The notes under the pieces are model-generated. The model saw nothing but the letters and a program-made list of their open reading frames with translations, was not told the origin of the DNA and searched no databases. A stretch of DNA of 64,000 bases from Podarcis cretensis (lineage: Eukaryota): positions 44,640,001-44,704,000 of the forward strand of contig OX638150.1 of assembly GCA_951804945.1 (NCBI GenBank), read 5' to 3'. Both the position numbers and the translations under genes were made by a program. The stretch's first letter is position 1. Each line of letters opens with the position of its first letter. Below are positions 49,328 through 60,758 of this stretch, piece by piece.

Positions 49328-52300
49328 TTTATTTATTTATTTATTTATATGCTGTCCATCTGACTTGGGTTACCCCAGCCACTCTGGGTGGCTTCCAACA
49401 AATAGATAAGCACAATAAAACATTAAATACTTTACTATACAGGGTCAGTGTTAGAAACAGAGATATGAAAGCTAGGAGCTAAATGGCACCTTAAACCTAT
49501 GTTATGGGCGCAAAAACAGAATGTGTGATACCTTCAGGTATAGGGCGGTATAGAAAATAAATAATAATAATACTACACTTTTTAAATAACAGAAATAAAA
49601 ATCTGAAAATGAATGAACTGCAGCTAAAGTATTATGTTCATTTTTCACATGATCTAGTCCTTCCCCCACCCATCCCTCTAATATTCTTAAGAGGGTCTCT
49701 TCTCAAGTCTTCAAAGAGTAGCTGGAAGTGGGGAGGCAGAAAAAGGTCCTCCTTTCCTTCTACTCTGTAGTTTTAATCTGAAATCTTAGGTGCAGTATTG
49801 TGCCCAGAGCTCAGAAACTGCTCACCCTAATGAAATTCCCTGTCGCAAAATGTGCCTAGAACAATGGGAGTTCTGAACACTGTACGGGGCTGACTTCAGT
49901 TAGCTATGACCATTAATTTCAATGACTCTAATCTGAGTATGGCTAATATTGGATTCAACCTTTTGTGATTTATGCATCATTTATTGCACTGGACAAATTT
50001 GTGCACCAAAGTACCATAACATCTGTTGTTGCACGACATGGATTCCACATACAAAGTTTTCGTTCACAGAGCAAAGAAAGCACTAGCATTAAGTGAACCT
50101 TAAAGTGTATATGTATACTGGGGAAGGTCAGTATAAAGAAAGAGGTGACTATTTATAACTGCTCCAGCTGATGGTTCTTTCTCTGGCCTGCACAGGTTGG
50201 TGAAAGGGATGAATTTCTCCGTGGTAGTGTTTGACACAGCACCCACTGGGCACACACTACGGTTGCTCAATTTCCCCACCATCGTGGAGCGGGGGCTAGG
50301 CCGCTTGATGCAGATAAAGAACCAGATCAGTCCCTTCATATCGCAGGTAAAATGGGAGAGGAGCCAGAAAAATGAGGCGTTCCTGGAAAAAAGACCATGC
50401 CAGACATCTTTTTAAAAAAAATTCCACCATGTGGCATTTTGCAAGCTTTTGCATGGACCCCAGTATTATTCTTGCAACACTCGGGAGCAACATGAAATAA
50501 TCAATTTGATTTGTTGGGTTGCTTGCAGGACACAGTAGCACTTATTGCTCTTGGAGTATTGGTCTTTGTCACTCTGAGTTGAGCTGATAAGCAAGTTTTG
50601 CTTATCCCCTCCTCTGTTGCTTGCAGGACATGTAGGGGTGACTTGTTGTCTGTTAATAGAAATCTCTCATTGCAACTCCCTCTCTGTTGTTCACTAGATG
50701 TGCAACATGCTTGGCCTGGGAGACATGAATGCTGACCAGCTGGCCTCCAAGCTGGAGGAGACCCTTCCTGTCATCCGCTCAGTCAGTGAGCAGTTCAAGG
50801 ATCCGGCAAGTATTCTGCAAAGATGAGGGGTTTGGGGGGGGGTTGATACTTCACTCTTGGCAAAGGTGAATTTGGAATGTATAGTAAGATGAAACATGCT
50901 TACATTTGTGACTGCTTCACTAGAATTAACATTAATTAATTCAGTTAGCTATATTTATATACTTGTTTTTTATAATTTTGCAAAACTTTTTAAATTGTCT
51001 TCTCAAATGTAATATTCATTTTCAGTCCATTCAATAGTTGCAGTCTTCCAGACGATATTAGTTCATTAGAATGATCAGGCTAAAGATGACTTCTCTCATA
51101 GCATAATATTCTATCAAGTAATGAAAAAGAACACTGAAACGTAGCTGGTTAATGTTTGGAAGTAGCTAGAGATCAATTTCTGCTTAGTTCATTCCATGAA
51201 ACAGCAACAAGGTCAGGTCAGGTCAAAATGAATGCTGTTTAAATCTAGACAGGGGCCATGTTTGCATGTAATGATAAGCCAGACTTTCTTCCATTCTGTG
51301 CGCACGATAATCAGATTGAAGACTTGGCTTCTTTCCTACATCTGAACCAGGAATCATGGTTTGTTGCTCTACATCTGAACCAGGAGTCATGGTTTGTTGC
51401 TCTCTAATAAGCCATGATCAGCAAGTCAGCAACAAACTATGTTCCATGATAGGGTGACTTCAGTTTCTCTTACACAGGCTGGGCATATTTGTGTTCCAGT
51501 CATGACAAGAAGGTAACAAACAAACAAACAAACGGAGTTCATCCATTACTACAGAATCTCATCCTTTGTATTTATAAAATCAAATAATTGTAGAGCTGGA
51601 AGGGATCCTGAGTCACCCAGTCCAATGTCCTGCAATGCAGGAATTTCTGCTAAAGCATCCATGACAGAGGACTGTCCAACCTCTGTTTTAAAACCTCCAG
51701 TGAAGGGAGAGTCCACCACCTTCCAGTGGAAAGTTCTTCCTGATGTTTAGTCGGAATCTCCTTTCTTGTAACTTGAATTCATTGCTCCATCTTCCATGTG
51801 ACAGCCCTTTACATATTTGAAGATGTAAATGATATTATGATATATGGTAGTATGTCTCCAGTGCTAAATTAATCTAGCAGCCTCTGTGTTGCCACCCACA
51901 ACTATTCTGTGGGAGAGTTTGCTCATTTGGCGATTTCTGGCTTTTTGGACTCTATGCCCTCTTTAAATGTGCAGAGCATGACCACTTCCAGTATACCCTT
52001 TCCTGTCCTCCTTATAGAATTTGAATTCTAAGATAACCACATCTCACTGGCTATCTCCATTCAACCAGGTTTCCATTATTCCAACAGCACATATGCTCTC
52101 TCTTTAAGATTGAGCACTCAAGCTCACAAATCTTGGCTCTTCCTGCAAGGAGCTTGTAATACAATTTTGACAGTAGGGGGAGTCCGTGGATGACTGCAAG
52201 CAAATGTAGTAAACTTAAGTTTTATTTGTAGAGCAGGGTTATCGCTTGGTAATCCTTATTTACTGTCATTGTCTATTTGGCATGTAGTTTGCTTGCCTCC

Positions 52301-55300
52301 AAAGTTCAGATGTCACAATAACCTAGTTTCTGGCTTATTTTGCAGCAGGAGCAGGGAAGGTGTGGAGCAATAAATATGCATGTTGCATATTTTGATTAAA
52401 CCATAGTTTGTTCTAATATAATGTTCAAACCAGGCCAGGGCATCCAGATACTTTTCCTGATCTTTCCAACTGTAGCAGCGATCAGTTTGAAAATAGAATC
52501 TTCCAGTTAGAGTGAAGTTGCTACGTGCCGAAAAGAATGAGACCTGAATTGGGGATTTTCTGACCCAACTTGGATTGGGGCTGGATCAGGAAGACCACCT
52601 GAGGGGGGAGGAGCATGTCACATACACAATCCTCCATAGCACCGACAAGTGTTTTCCATTCATGGCAGCTCCTCTGCTAATGTACATTTACACTGACAGG
52701 AAAAAGCTGGTACTGGCTGGAGTGATTTTTGGAATTGGTGGGGCGAGGAGTTCAACTCTGGTACAGTTGTACCCTGGAGGTTGAATGCTTTGCGAGATGA
52801 ACATTTTGGTGCCCGAACTCTGCAAACCCAGAAATGATTGTTCCAGTTTGCGAACGTTCTTTGGAACCCAAACGTCCGTCACGGCTTCTGATTGGCTGCC
52901 GGAGCTTCCTGCAGCCAATCGGAAGCCATACCTTGATTCCAGTACATTTTGAAAGTCAAACGGACTTCTGGAACGGATTCCGTTCGACTTCCAAGGTACG
53001 ACTGTATTAGCATATTAGTTTATTCTTTATTAAGCCCACAGTGTGCTTCATTCAGATCCTGGGAGACCAACTAATATGTCTAAGCCAGTCAGTCACCCTG
53101 GTGGTATTTCTTTTTTTGCAGGGTTTGTGCTTTGTTTTCTGACTTTGGGTTGCTGAGTATTGGCTGTAGTTTCAGCGGGAAACCTAAAGAGATAGAAACA
53201 TAAATCTTAAACAGTTGTTCAGCTTGTGAATCTCAGCTAGTGGAAGCTATTGCATACTATTACTACACTGGTTCTTGTGCAATCTTATGTGACCAATGTG
53301 CTCCACGGCTGCTATAACAGCTGATATGGTAAAGGAGCAGGAATGAAGGGATTGCATGCCTCCTGGCTCTCTTTTTGCCCTAAAGGCATAGAAGAACATT
53401 GTGTTTCTCTTGCAAAAATGTTGCAAATCTCATTGTGTTGTAAACTGCTCTAGTTATACCCCTGTGAACATTACACTTTCTTACTAGACTCTTGCTCAGA
53501 GTATTTTTTTTTTAATTAAACTTTATAACATTTAATAAAGGAAGTGAAGTAAAAATCGGGACAAAATGAGAAGTGGGGGTAGCGGGGTCCCATCAGCTCA
53601 CATTTTTTTCTAGCTTAGAGGAATAATAATAATAAAGCTTTGTCTCCCAACTGTTAGCTGAACAAACTTTCACCACTGGCCATATGGGCAGGTAGGGAGT
53701 TGTCGACAACAGATGAGTTATTTGATGCAGGAATGCTGCATTGGATCTTCATGTTTTGACTGAAGGATAGAATAGGCCAGCAGGCATCTCTAGTAATAGA
53801 AGCGTTCCTTAACTTTTGAAAACATTATTTGCAAATCCAGGTGTGGCTATAATTGTCAGGACTTTTGCCTGCCACCCACCCTGTTTCTAATTGCTTGGAA
53901 TGTATCTTGTAAAGATGGGCAAGGGTTTTGAAGGAAACGGGATGGGACATGACTTTAGGGAGCTATTTGTAGGGCACTGAGGTGGGCATGTCAGCCTTGT
54001 CCTTTGTATTGTTTGCATGTTAGAGTAGTTAAAGGCTGGGTTTCTGCATTTAATTGTCCATTTTGCTATTAATTATGTGAGTGTGGGTGTTCCTTAGGCA
54101 AAGTATTGTGACCAAGTCTAGCAGCAATCGGTGGGCAGAGACAAATAATTTAACCGTGCAGCTAGCCAGTTTGCTGGTCACCTCAAGCCAGGTGAATTTC
54201 CAGTCTTCTACTGGAGACTGGGGGCAGGATTCAGCTAAGAAGTCCCACAAGTGGAAGCCCTAACAAATATTTGCCCTAATTCAACAGGGCTCCCCCCCCC
54301 CCTTTGCAGCGCCAGAATTGCACATGGGGTGAAGAGAGAGGCAGGCTGTCTGGCCGGCTGAAATGCTTGAGCTGGCAAAACATTTGCCATAGAGCTGCGT
54401 TGAATTCCTCCCTGTGTGCTATGGGTTGCTCCTGCCTTTAAGCTAAAACTCTTAAGGCTGGAAGAAGAGGCAGCCTCATAAACATATTCTGGTCACTTTT
54501 CGTTCCTTTCTGTCCTTCTAGCAAGTGGAGGAACTGAAAGAATATGGGGGCTAGCAGCCTCTTTGGGTGCTTTCCCCCTTTCTCTGGCTCCTGGTGGAGC
54601 TGCACTGGCTCCCGGTGGAGTACAGGATCAAGTTTAAGGTGCTGGTTTTAACCCTTAAAGCCCTATACGGCCTAGGACCCTCGAACCTATGGGACCATCT
54701 CTCCTAGTATGTCCCACAAATGACTTTATGGTCTGTAAATAACAACACCCTGAAGATTCCGGGCCCCAGGGAGATTAGACTGGCCACGACCAGGGCCAGG
54801 GCCTTTTTGGCTGTGGCCCCGGCCTGGTGGGATGCTCTCACAAGAGACCAGGGCCCTGTGAGATTTGACATCCTTCTGCAGGGCCTGCAAGATGGAGCCG
54901 TTCCACCAGGCCTTTGGTCAGGGTTCAGTCTGACTCATTTTCTCTTTGTATAAGAACAAGCACGAAGGAGGTTTCCCAGCCTGCTCACAGGTCCCTATAA
55001 TATCAGTGGAAACAGTTGGTCCTGGCGAGTATTAACCACTTTCAATTTTAACCTGAGGATTGTCATTTGTCCAGTTTTAATTTTAATTTTAATTTATTTG
55101 AATTAATTTTGTGATGCATTTTAATCAATTGATTGCTTGTTTTTATGCATATTGTATTATTTATATGGTGTTATATGATGTTAGCCGCTCTGAGCCCGGC
55201 TCCGGCTGGGGAGGGCGGGGTACAAATAGAAATTTATTATTATTATTACTATTATTTTTTATTATTTTTTATTATATGAGCTAAGAAACAAGGCAGGGTG

Positions 55301-57438
55301 CATAAGTGCTGTGTCTCCTTTTTCTGTGCCTATCCTAGATAAGCAAGGAAGTTACCAGCTGCCCAAGTAGCCATTCTTCTCAACCATGCTGGTGAAAGGA
55401 TAGTTCCAGATTCTGTAGACGTGATCTATGTGCCTTCTGAACTTAACTGGAAAAGATGGGATTGCAATGGCTGATCCCCTTTTACCCAAAGATAGACGTG
55501 ACATATGGTGTGGACTATGTGAACAGGTGTTCAGGTGGCAGCTAACCTGAGGACAAGTGGCCATATTGCTTCATGAGGGGCAACAGCTTTTGTTGCTTTG
55601 CCCTCTGGCCTTATTCCTCTAAAAAAATCATGGTGGTGGAAGGAATGCAGAAGCTGAGAATTTAAGTGGAAACAGGGACTGTGGGGGAGACAGCAGCTCC
55701 CAGGCATGGGAGACCAGCTCCTACAATTTTATTTGCATTTTTGAGCTAATGGCACTTTATCCCCTCCCCAGGAACAAACAACATTCATCTGTGTTTGTAT
55801 TGCTGAGTTCCTGTCCCTGTATGAAACAGAGCGGCTCATCCAGGAGTTGGCCAAGTGCAAGATCGACACCCACAATATCATAGTCAATCAGTTGGTCTTC
55901 CCTGACCCAGAGAAGCCCTGCAAGATGTGTGAGGCCCGGCACAAAATCCAGTCCAAATACCTTGACCAGGTATGGCTAGAGACTGTTCAGATTTTTCAGT
56001 GTCCATTTTGGGGAAGTGGCAGCAGTCAGGCACCAATCTAAGCCTATGGATCTGCTTTATATTGATTTAGCCCACTGGTCCATCTTGTCTGGTCCTAATA
56101 TTGTCTACTTGGACTGTTAAGGTCTCTCGGAAGCGTCTTTTCTCATGACCTGCTACCTGATCCTTTTAACTGGAGGTGCTGGAGATTGAACCTGAGATAT
56201 ATGGCACATATGAAGCATATGCTTTGCCACTGAGCTACAGCCCTGACCCATGTACTCTGAGTTGCATACCCAACTTTATAACCCCCAGCCCTTTGGTCAA
56301 TATTCCTTTAAACTTCTGAATGGTTGAAGTTTGCTATTCTACTTTTACCTTCAGCTTCAGAATTCCTGTCTCCCAGCATTCCCCTTACCATTGCCACGGC
56401 AAGTGTTTAGCTGTTCTAGAGGGGTGCAAATATCCAGGTGAACAGTAGCCACTGGCAGTTTAAGAAATGGGTCCTGCAATTGTCTTGCTGTAGAAGGCAG
56501 GAAGCGGGTCTCCTCCATATGTGCTGCTCTTTGTGGCATCTGGCCTTCAGGTGGAAATGTGGAATTTTTCTCTTCTATAACTTTTATCTCTGTTCAGTCC
56601 AACCTCACTATTATTATTCTTTGAAAATGAAAGGGAATGTTTACTAGTAAACTGAGTACTTTTTGTCCAGGGAAAATATGCAGACCTTCCCCAATGCCTC
56701 CACAGACAGGCTTCACTTTTCTCTGCCATTTTGTTGCTTCTGCTTCTTCTGTATTCCATTTTGCTTTTTCTACACTCTCCTTTTCTTTCCCTTTGAATGA
56801 TCTTTTCAGCCTTTGTATCCATCCACCTCTTTCTAATCATGTTATCCTTTTTCTGTGACTTCCACCCTTGCCATCTCTTCATTCATTACTCAGCCTGAAA
56901 AGTTGTGGGGATGTTTTACACATTTTTCTTGCGCCAAAACCTCCATTTCCCACTCCAGTTGTCCTATTGCCTCTTCAGTACTCTGTACTCTGTTTTTCTT
57001 TCTGCCACTTGTGCCTTTTCCATGTGTCCTTCCTTTCTTCACTCAGTAAACCAAGGGATGGTTAATCTGTACCAGGTCTTCCAAGGGCCCAGCAGTAAAG
57101 CTGTTCAAAATTAGTTTAAGATTGCCATTAGACTGCAAGAGGATTACTTTTCATAGTGCTGTTGCAAAGAGGGCCCTCCAAAGTCAACAGAACACACTTT
57201 CCAACAAGCAGGGAACTGCTGCTGAGATTCTTCCATCTTGATTCCCAATAAGAAGTTTGTAATTGTTAGATGCTCCTTTTGATTTGTCTTTCTTTTCCTC
57301 CTCCAGATGGAAGACCTCTATGAAGACTTTCACATTGTAAAGCTGCCACTCTTGCCCCATGAAGTGCGAGGGGCTGATAAAGTCAACACCTTTTCAAGTC
57401 TGCTACTGGAGCCCTACAAGCCACCCAGTGCAAAATGA
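44532..57438 (+). CDS. GET3: ATPase GET3 / ASNA1 / TRC40, 348 aa, 7 exons
   Basis: Exons 44532-44692, 45912-46059, 48809-48957, 50196-50346, 50698-50805, 55772-55969, 57307-57438 (1047 nt). Deviant Walker [28 protein letters not shown] zinc motif, C-terminus EPYKPPSAK*. Intron 5 is GC-AG. Confidence 0.97.
46783..47042. mobile_element. Tigger-like MITE
   Basis: CAGTTGTACCTC...GAGGTATGACT; shares ATCCGTTCCGGAGG with 1963-2200. Confidence 0.75.
47310..48105 (-). mobile_element. L1 LINE 3' fragment (ORF2 C-terminal zinc-knuckle region and 3' UTR)
   Basis: ORF 47863-48132 WEKLWK...[10 protein letters not shown]...[18 protein letters not shown] is a decayed L1 CCHC region; G-rich 3' UTR and A-rich tail on minus near 47310-47420. 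Confidence 0.8.
49288..49347. repeat. (TAA)n / (TTTA)n microsatellite
   Basis: About 13 TAA units followed by TTTA units. Confidence 0.9.
49446..49882. mobile_element. hAT MITE (CAGTGTT family)
   Basis: CAGTGTTAGAAAC...GTTCTGAACACTG, degenerate 8-bp TSD TACAGGGT/TACGGGGC; homologous to 24068-24387. Confidence 0.75.
51337..51402. repeat. ~32-bp tandem duplication (2 copies)
   Basis: CTACATCTGAACCAGGA(A/G)TCATGGTTTGTTGCT x2. Confidence 0.8.
51585..51825 (-). mobile_element. CR1 LINE 3' end remnant
   Basis: GTAGAGCTGGAAGGGATCC...CCAGTCCAA...AAAACCTCCAGTGAAGG...GAAAGTTCTTCCTGATGTT, typical of CR1 3' termini. Confidence 0.6.
52764..53004. mobile_element. Tigger-like MITE
   Basis: CAGTTGTACC...GGTACGACTG with TA TSD; inverse homolog of 58455-58695. 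Confidence 0.8.
54595..55275 (+). mobile_element. L2 LINE 3' end
   Basis: [27 protein letters not shown] (L2 C-terminal motif), then 3' UTR and (TTA)n tail. Confidence 0.8.
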
Positions 57439-57863
57439 AACCCCTATGGACTGGCTCCCACTGATATCCCCTCTGTACCATTCCATGCTTCCCCTTTCCC
57501 ACCCCTTATCTGCTGGAACTCCTCCCCTTCCAGCAGCCTCTCTTCTACAGAAATTGTGTGGTTGAGAGGCTTGTGGTGGGGTTGGAAGAGGCAGAATTTG
57601 GTGTTCCCACTTGTTTCTGCCCTAATCCTGTTACTTAACATCTTGGAACATCCCAAAAGTGATCTACACCTTACATCCCTTCTCCTCACTTAACCAGCTA
57701 GCTAAATTAAACTTGGGTCACTTTTTGTTTCTCTTCCACTCTGACTTCTCCTTGGATCATGTCTCCAGCCATTCTGGCTGGAGTCCTAAGTCAGGTGCTA
57801 TGATGACACAGAGACTGACATTCTTGCAGCACTAAGGCCATCCGTGCTAATGGGAAGTATGTA

Positions 57864-57869
57864 AATAAA
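57864..57869 (+). terminator. Putative GET3 polyadenylation signal
   Basis: AATAAA 425 nt after the stop, followed by GT/T-rich sequence; further AATAAA at ~59576 and ~60018. Confidence 0.5.
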
Positions 57870-58215
57870 CTGTAAGGGAAAGTAGTTTGCTGTTTTTCGT
57901 CTATCAGGCTGCCACTTTAATTTATGCTGGGGAATTTTCAGCAGGGGACAATTTCAAGTTCTGCAAGGGAAACTAAGAAGCATCTTGAAAATCTCCTGCT
58001 TAAGGTTGTGAAATGGGTCCAGAATGAAGATACTGTCTCACAAACAGGGATTGGAATAGAGATGTGGCGGTTGAAAAATATGCCCCCCTATGCTTTCTGA
58101 GCATATATATACATTCTAGTCCCCTGGAGTGTCAGTACTATCATAGCATATATGGTCCAAAGTATGTGTATGTGTGTATATAGAGCAGTCTATGGCAGAG
58201 ACAAAATTCTCCTAA

Positions 58216-58406
58216 GGGAAGGACTGTGACTCAATAGGAGAGCATCATTTTTGCATGGAGAAAGTACTAGGTTCGTTCCCCAGTATCCCCAGGTTGGGTT
58301 GGAAGATCTCTCTGAAATCCTAGAGAGCCACTGTCTGTCAGTGTAGACAGTCCTGAGCTAGATGGGCCAATAGTCTGACTCAGTATAAGGCAGCTTCCTG
58401 TGTTCC
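58216..58406 (+). mobile_element. Old tRNA-derived SINE (other copies ~60037-60235 +, ~61420-61596 -, ~56045-56245 -, partial ~36345-36425 and ~8575-8655)
   Basis: tRNA-like head (GCTCAG..GTAGAGCA...GGTTC) and shared tail GTCTGACTCAGTATAAGGCAGCTTCC. Confidence 0.65.
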
Positions 58407-58454
58407 CAACTGCTGTTCATTGACCTGTTGTTGGGTTTTCTTTTTTCAAAAGTA

Positions 58455-58695
58455 CAAGCGTACCTTGGAAGTAGAACAGAATCTATTCCGGAAGTCTGTT
58501 CGACTTCCAAAATATTCAGAAACCAAAGTGCGGCTTCTGATTGGCTGCAGGAGCTTCCTGCAGCCAATCAGAAGCCCCGTTGGATGTTCGGCTTCCAAAA
58601 ATAGTTCGCAAACCAGAACACTCACTTCCAGGTTTGCTGCGTTTGGGAGCCGAAACGTTGGAGAACTAAGCTGTTTGAAAACCAAGGTAAAACTG
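58455..58695. mobile_element. Tigger-like MITE
   Basis: CAAGCGTACCTTGG...CCAAGGTAAAACTG with TA TSD; internal hairpin TTCTGATTGGCTGCAGGA/TCCTGCAGCCAATCAGAA. Confidence 0.8.
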
Positions 58696-60612
58696 TATCC
58701 CATTGTATGATCAAATGGATGGGAGCAAGCCTGACTGCCTGTTCTCATTTTAGAGGAAACTGGAAAATAAACTTGACTTAAAAATGCAATGGACCATTTA
58801 ATGGGAGTATTATATGACCATGGGCAATGAGGTGGGTGAGCTAGCAAAGCATGGACATGATTCACCATAACTACTTTGGTGCTTGGGGTGGCAGGCTCCC
58901 ATTGCACCCTTGAATATTAGGCCTTCCTTAGCATGGCTGAACTCAGAGTAAATTGATTACCATATAAGTAAAAGCTTTTCAACTCTGCATCTCAACATTC
59001 TAGGAATCTTAAAAAATCACAACATGTAGAGGCAGCTGAATTCTTTGGTACTCTAAGTCTTTCGTGGGAAATGGCATATGTGGGTACATAGACTGTGCTG
59101 CACTGACTTTGTATTATGTGTGGTTTTCAAAATGCCAGGGAATTAGGAAACTGATGCAGGTGTTTAAAGATACTTTGTTTTAATTTATGTAAAAGCATTT
59201 CTAAACCAATTAAATATTTAAAAAATCTCTAAGCAGTATACAAAAATCCAGCATTAAAAGTGTGTAAACCAGTATTATAAAAAAGGATACATATTTTAGT
59301 TAGGCCTATTATTCATTTTCTGGCTCCCTTTTTTATTAATCGGGGTATGACAGTGAAATTGGAAGGTCTAGAGAGTCCCAGTTTTCCCACAGAACCTCAG
59401 CAGCAGCATCTGGTTCTCTCTGCCTTTATTTCTTTGCCTGTGGGAGGGATAAGCATAGAAGCACTTTTCATTGACAGTGTCTCAGCTTTGTAATTGTAGG
59501 AGTTGTGGAACAAATGCTTGTTGCATAGCTAATACATGAAAAAAATAGCTTGTAGAATGAGAGTTACAGTTACTGAATAAACCCAAAGTCTCTCTGGATG
59601 GCAGGATCTGCCTAACCAGCCCGGTCAGAACAGCCTTGCACTTCAGATTGTGCCACATGGCTTCCTTTTCTCCCCCCACGTGCCCCCCGCAATTGGCTAT
59701 TGGGAGGAGGGTTGGCATAACCCACAGAAGAGCCCATGGGGGGCAGAGAGGAGACTGTTCCATCTGGCAAACTGCAATGCTTGTGCAGACAGAACAGCTG
59801 GAAGAGCATGTCAAAAACACCGCTGAAATCCTTGCAGGTCTTTCAGTCCTACTGTAAACCAAGGCATGAATGAATTCGCAATTCTGCACAGTACTTGAGG
59901 GCTGCATCACATGCAGTCTGGCGAGATTAACAGTTTGTATGAAGGCGGGATCCTAGAAGCATGTAATTTACTGAGTACAGAACTTTGGTGAGTGGAAACA
60001 ACTTTAATCTTCTGGGAAATAAAACTTTGAAAAGTAGGGTTGTACCATAGCTCAGAGGTAGACTGCATGATTAGCTTGCTTGCATAAGGTCCCTAGTTAA
60101 ACCTGGCATGCCCATTTAGAAGGATCAGGCAGCTGATAATGGGAAAGACTTCTTGTCTAAAGACCCTGGAGAGTCAGAGTGGGCAATATTTGGCTAGGTG
60201 AGCAAATAGTCTGACCTGGTTCAAGGCAGCTTCCTTGGTGGAATATGTTGGCTATAATGTCAATTGCATATTAGCACAAGTGTGTCTAGTATACTGTTCT
60301 ACCAAGACACAGTTTACATGTTTTCCTCCATGTATATACTAAGAACTAATGTGAAGTTGCGTCTCCAATAAGGTATATGGACCCTTCCACAACTGCACAT
60401 TCTTAAAACAGTAGGATGTTAAAGTGAGCAGGCAGACGATGTACATAAACTCTCAGGTTTCCATACCTTGAAAGGTAGCTGGCCAGAGTTTGGCAGAGGA
60501 GCTGGACTGTTAGAGTCTTCTTATGTTCGATATTTCAGGGCTATATTTTTCCTGAATTTAAGACAGAATAGGGAGGTGGGGAACCTACAATGTCACCCAA
60601 TGCTGTCATGAT

Positions 60613-60758
60613 TTGTTGTTGTTTGCTGTTTAGCCATTTAGTCATGTCTGACACTTCGTGACCCCATGGACCAGAGCACGCCAGGCACTCCTGTCTTCCA
60701 CTGCCTCCCGCATTTTGGTCAAACTCATGTTAGTAGCTTCGAGAACACTGTCCAACAA
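60613..60758 (-). mobile_element. Bov-B/RTE LINE 3' end fragment
   Basis: TTTAGTCATGTCTGACACTTCGTGACCCCATGGACCAGAGCACGCCAGGC..., with (CAA)n tail on minus. Confidence 0.75.

Larger units (their letters stand above)
50806..55771 (+). other. GC-AG intron 5 of GET3
   Basis: Frame and protein continuity (EQFKDP|EQTTF) require the donor CCG|GCAAGT. Confidence 0.88.
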
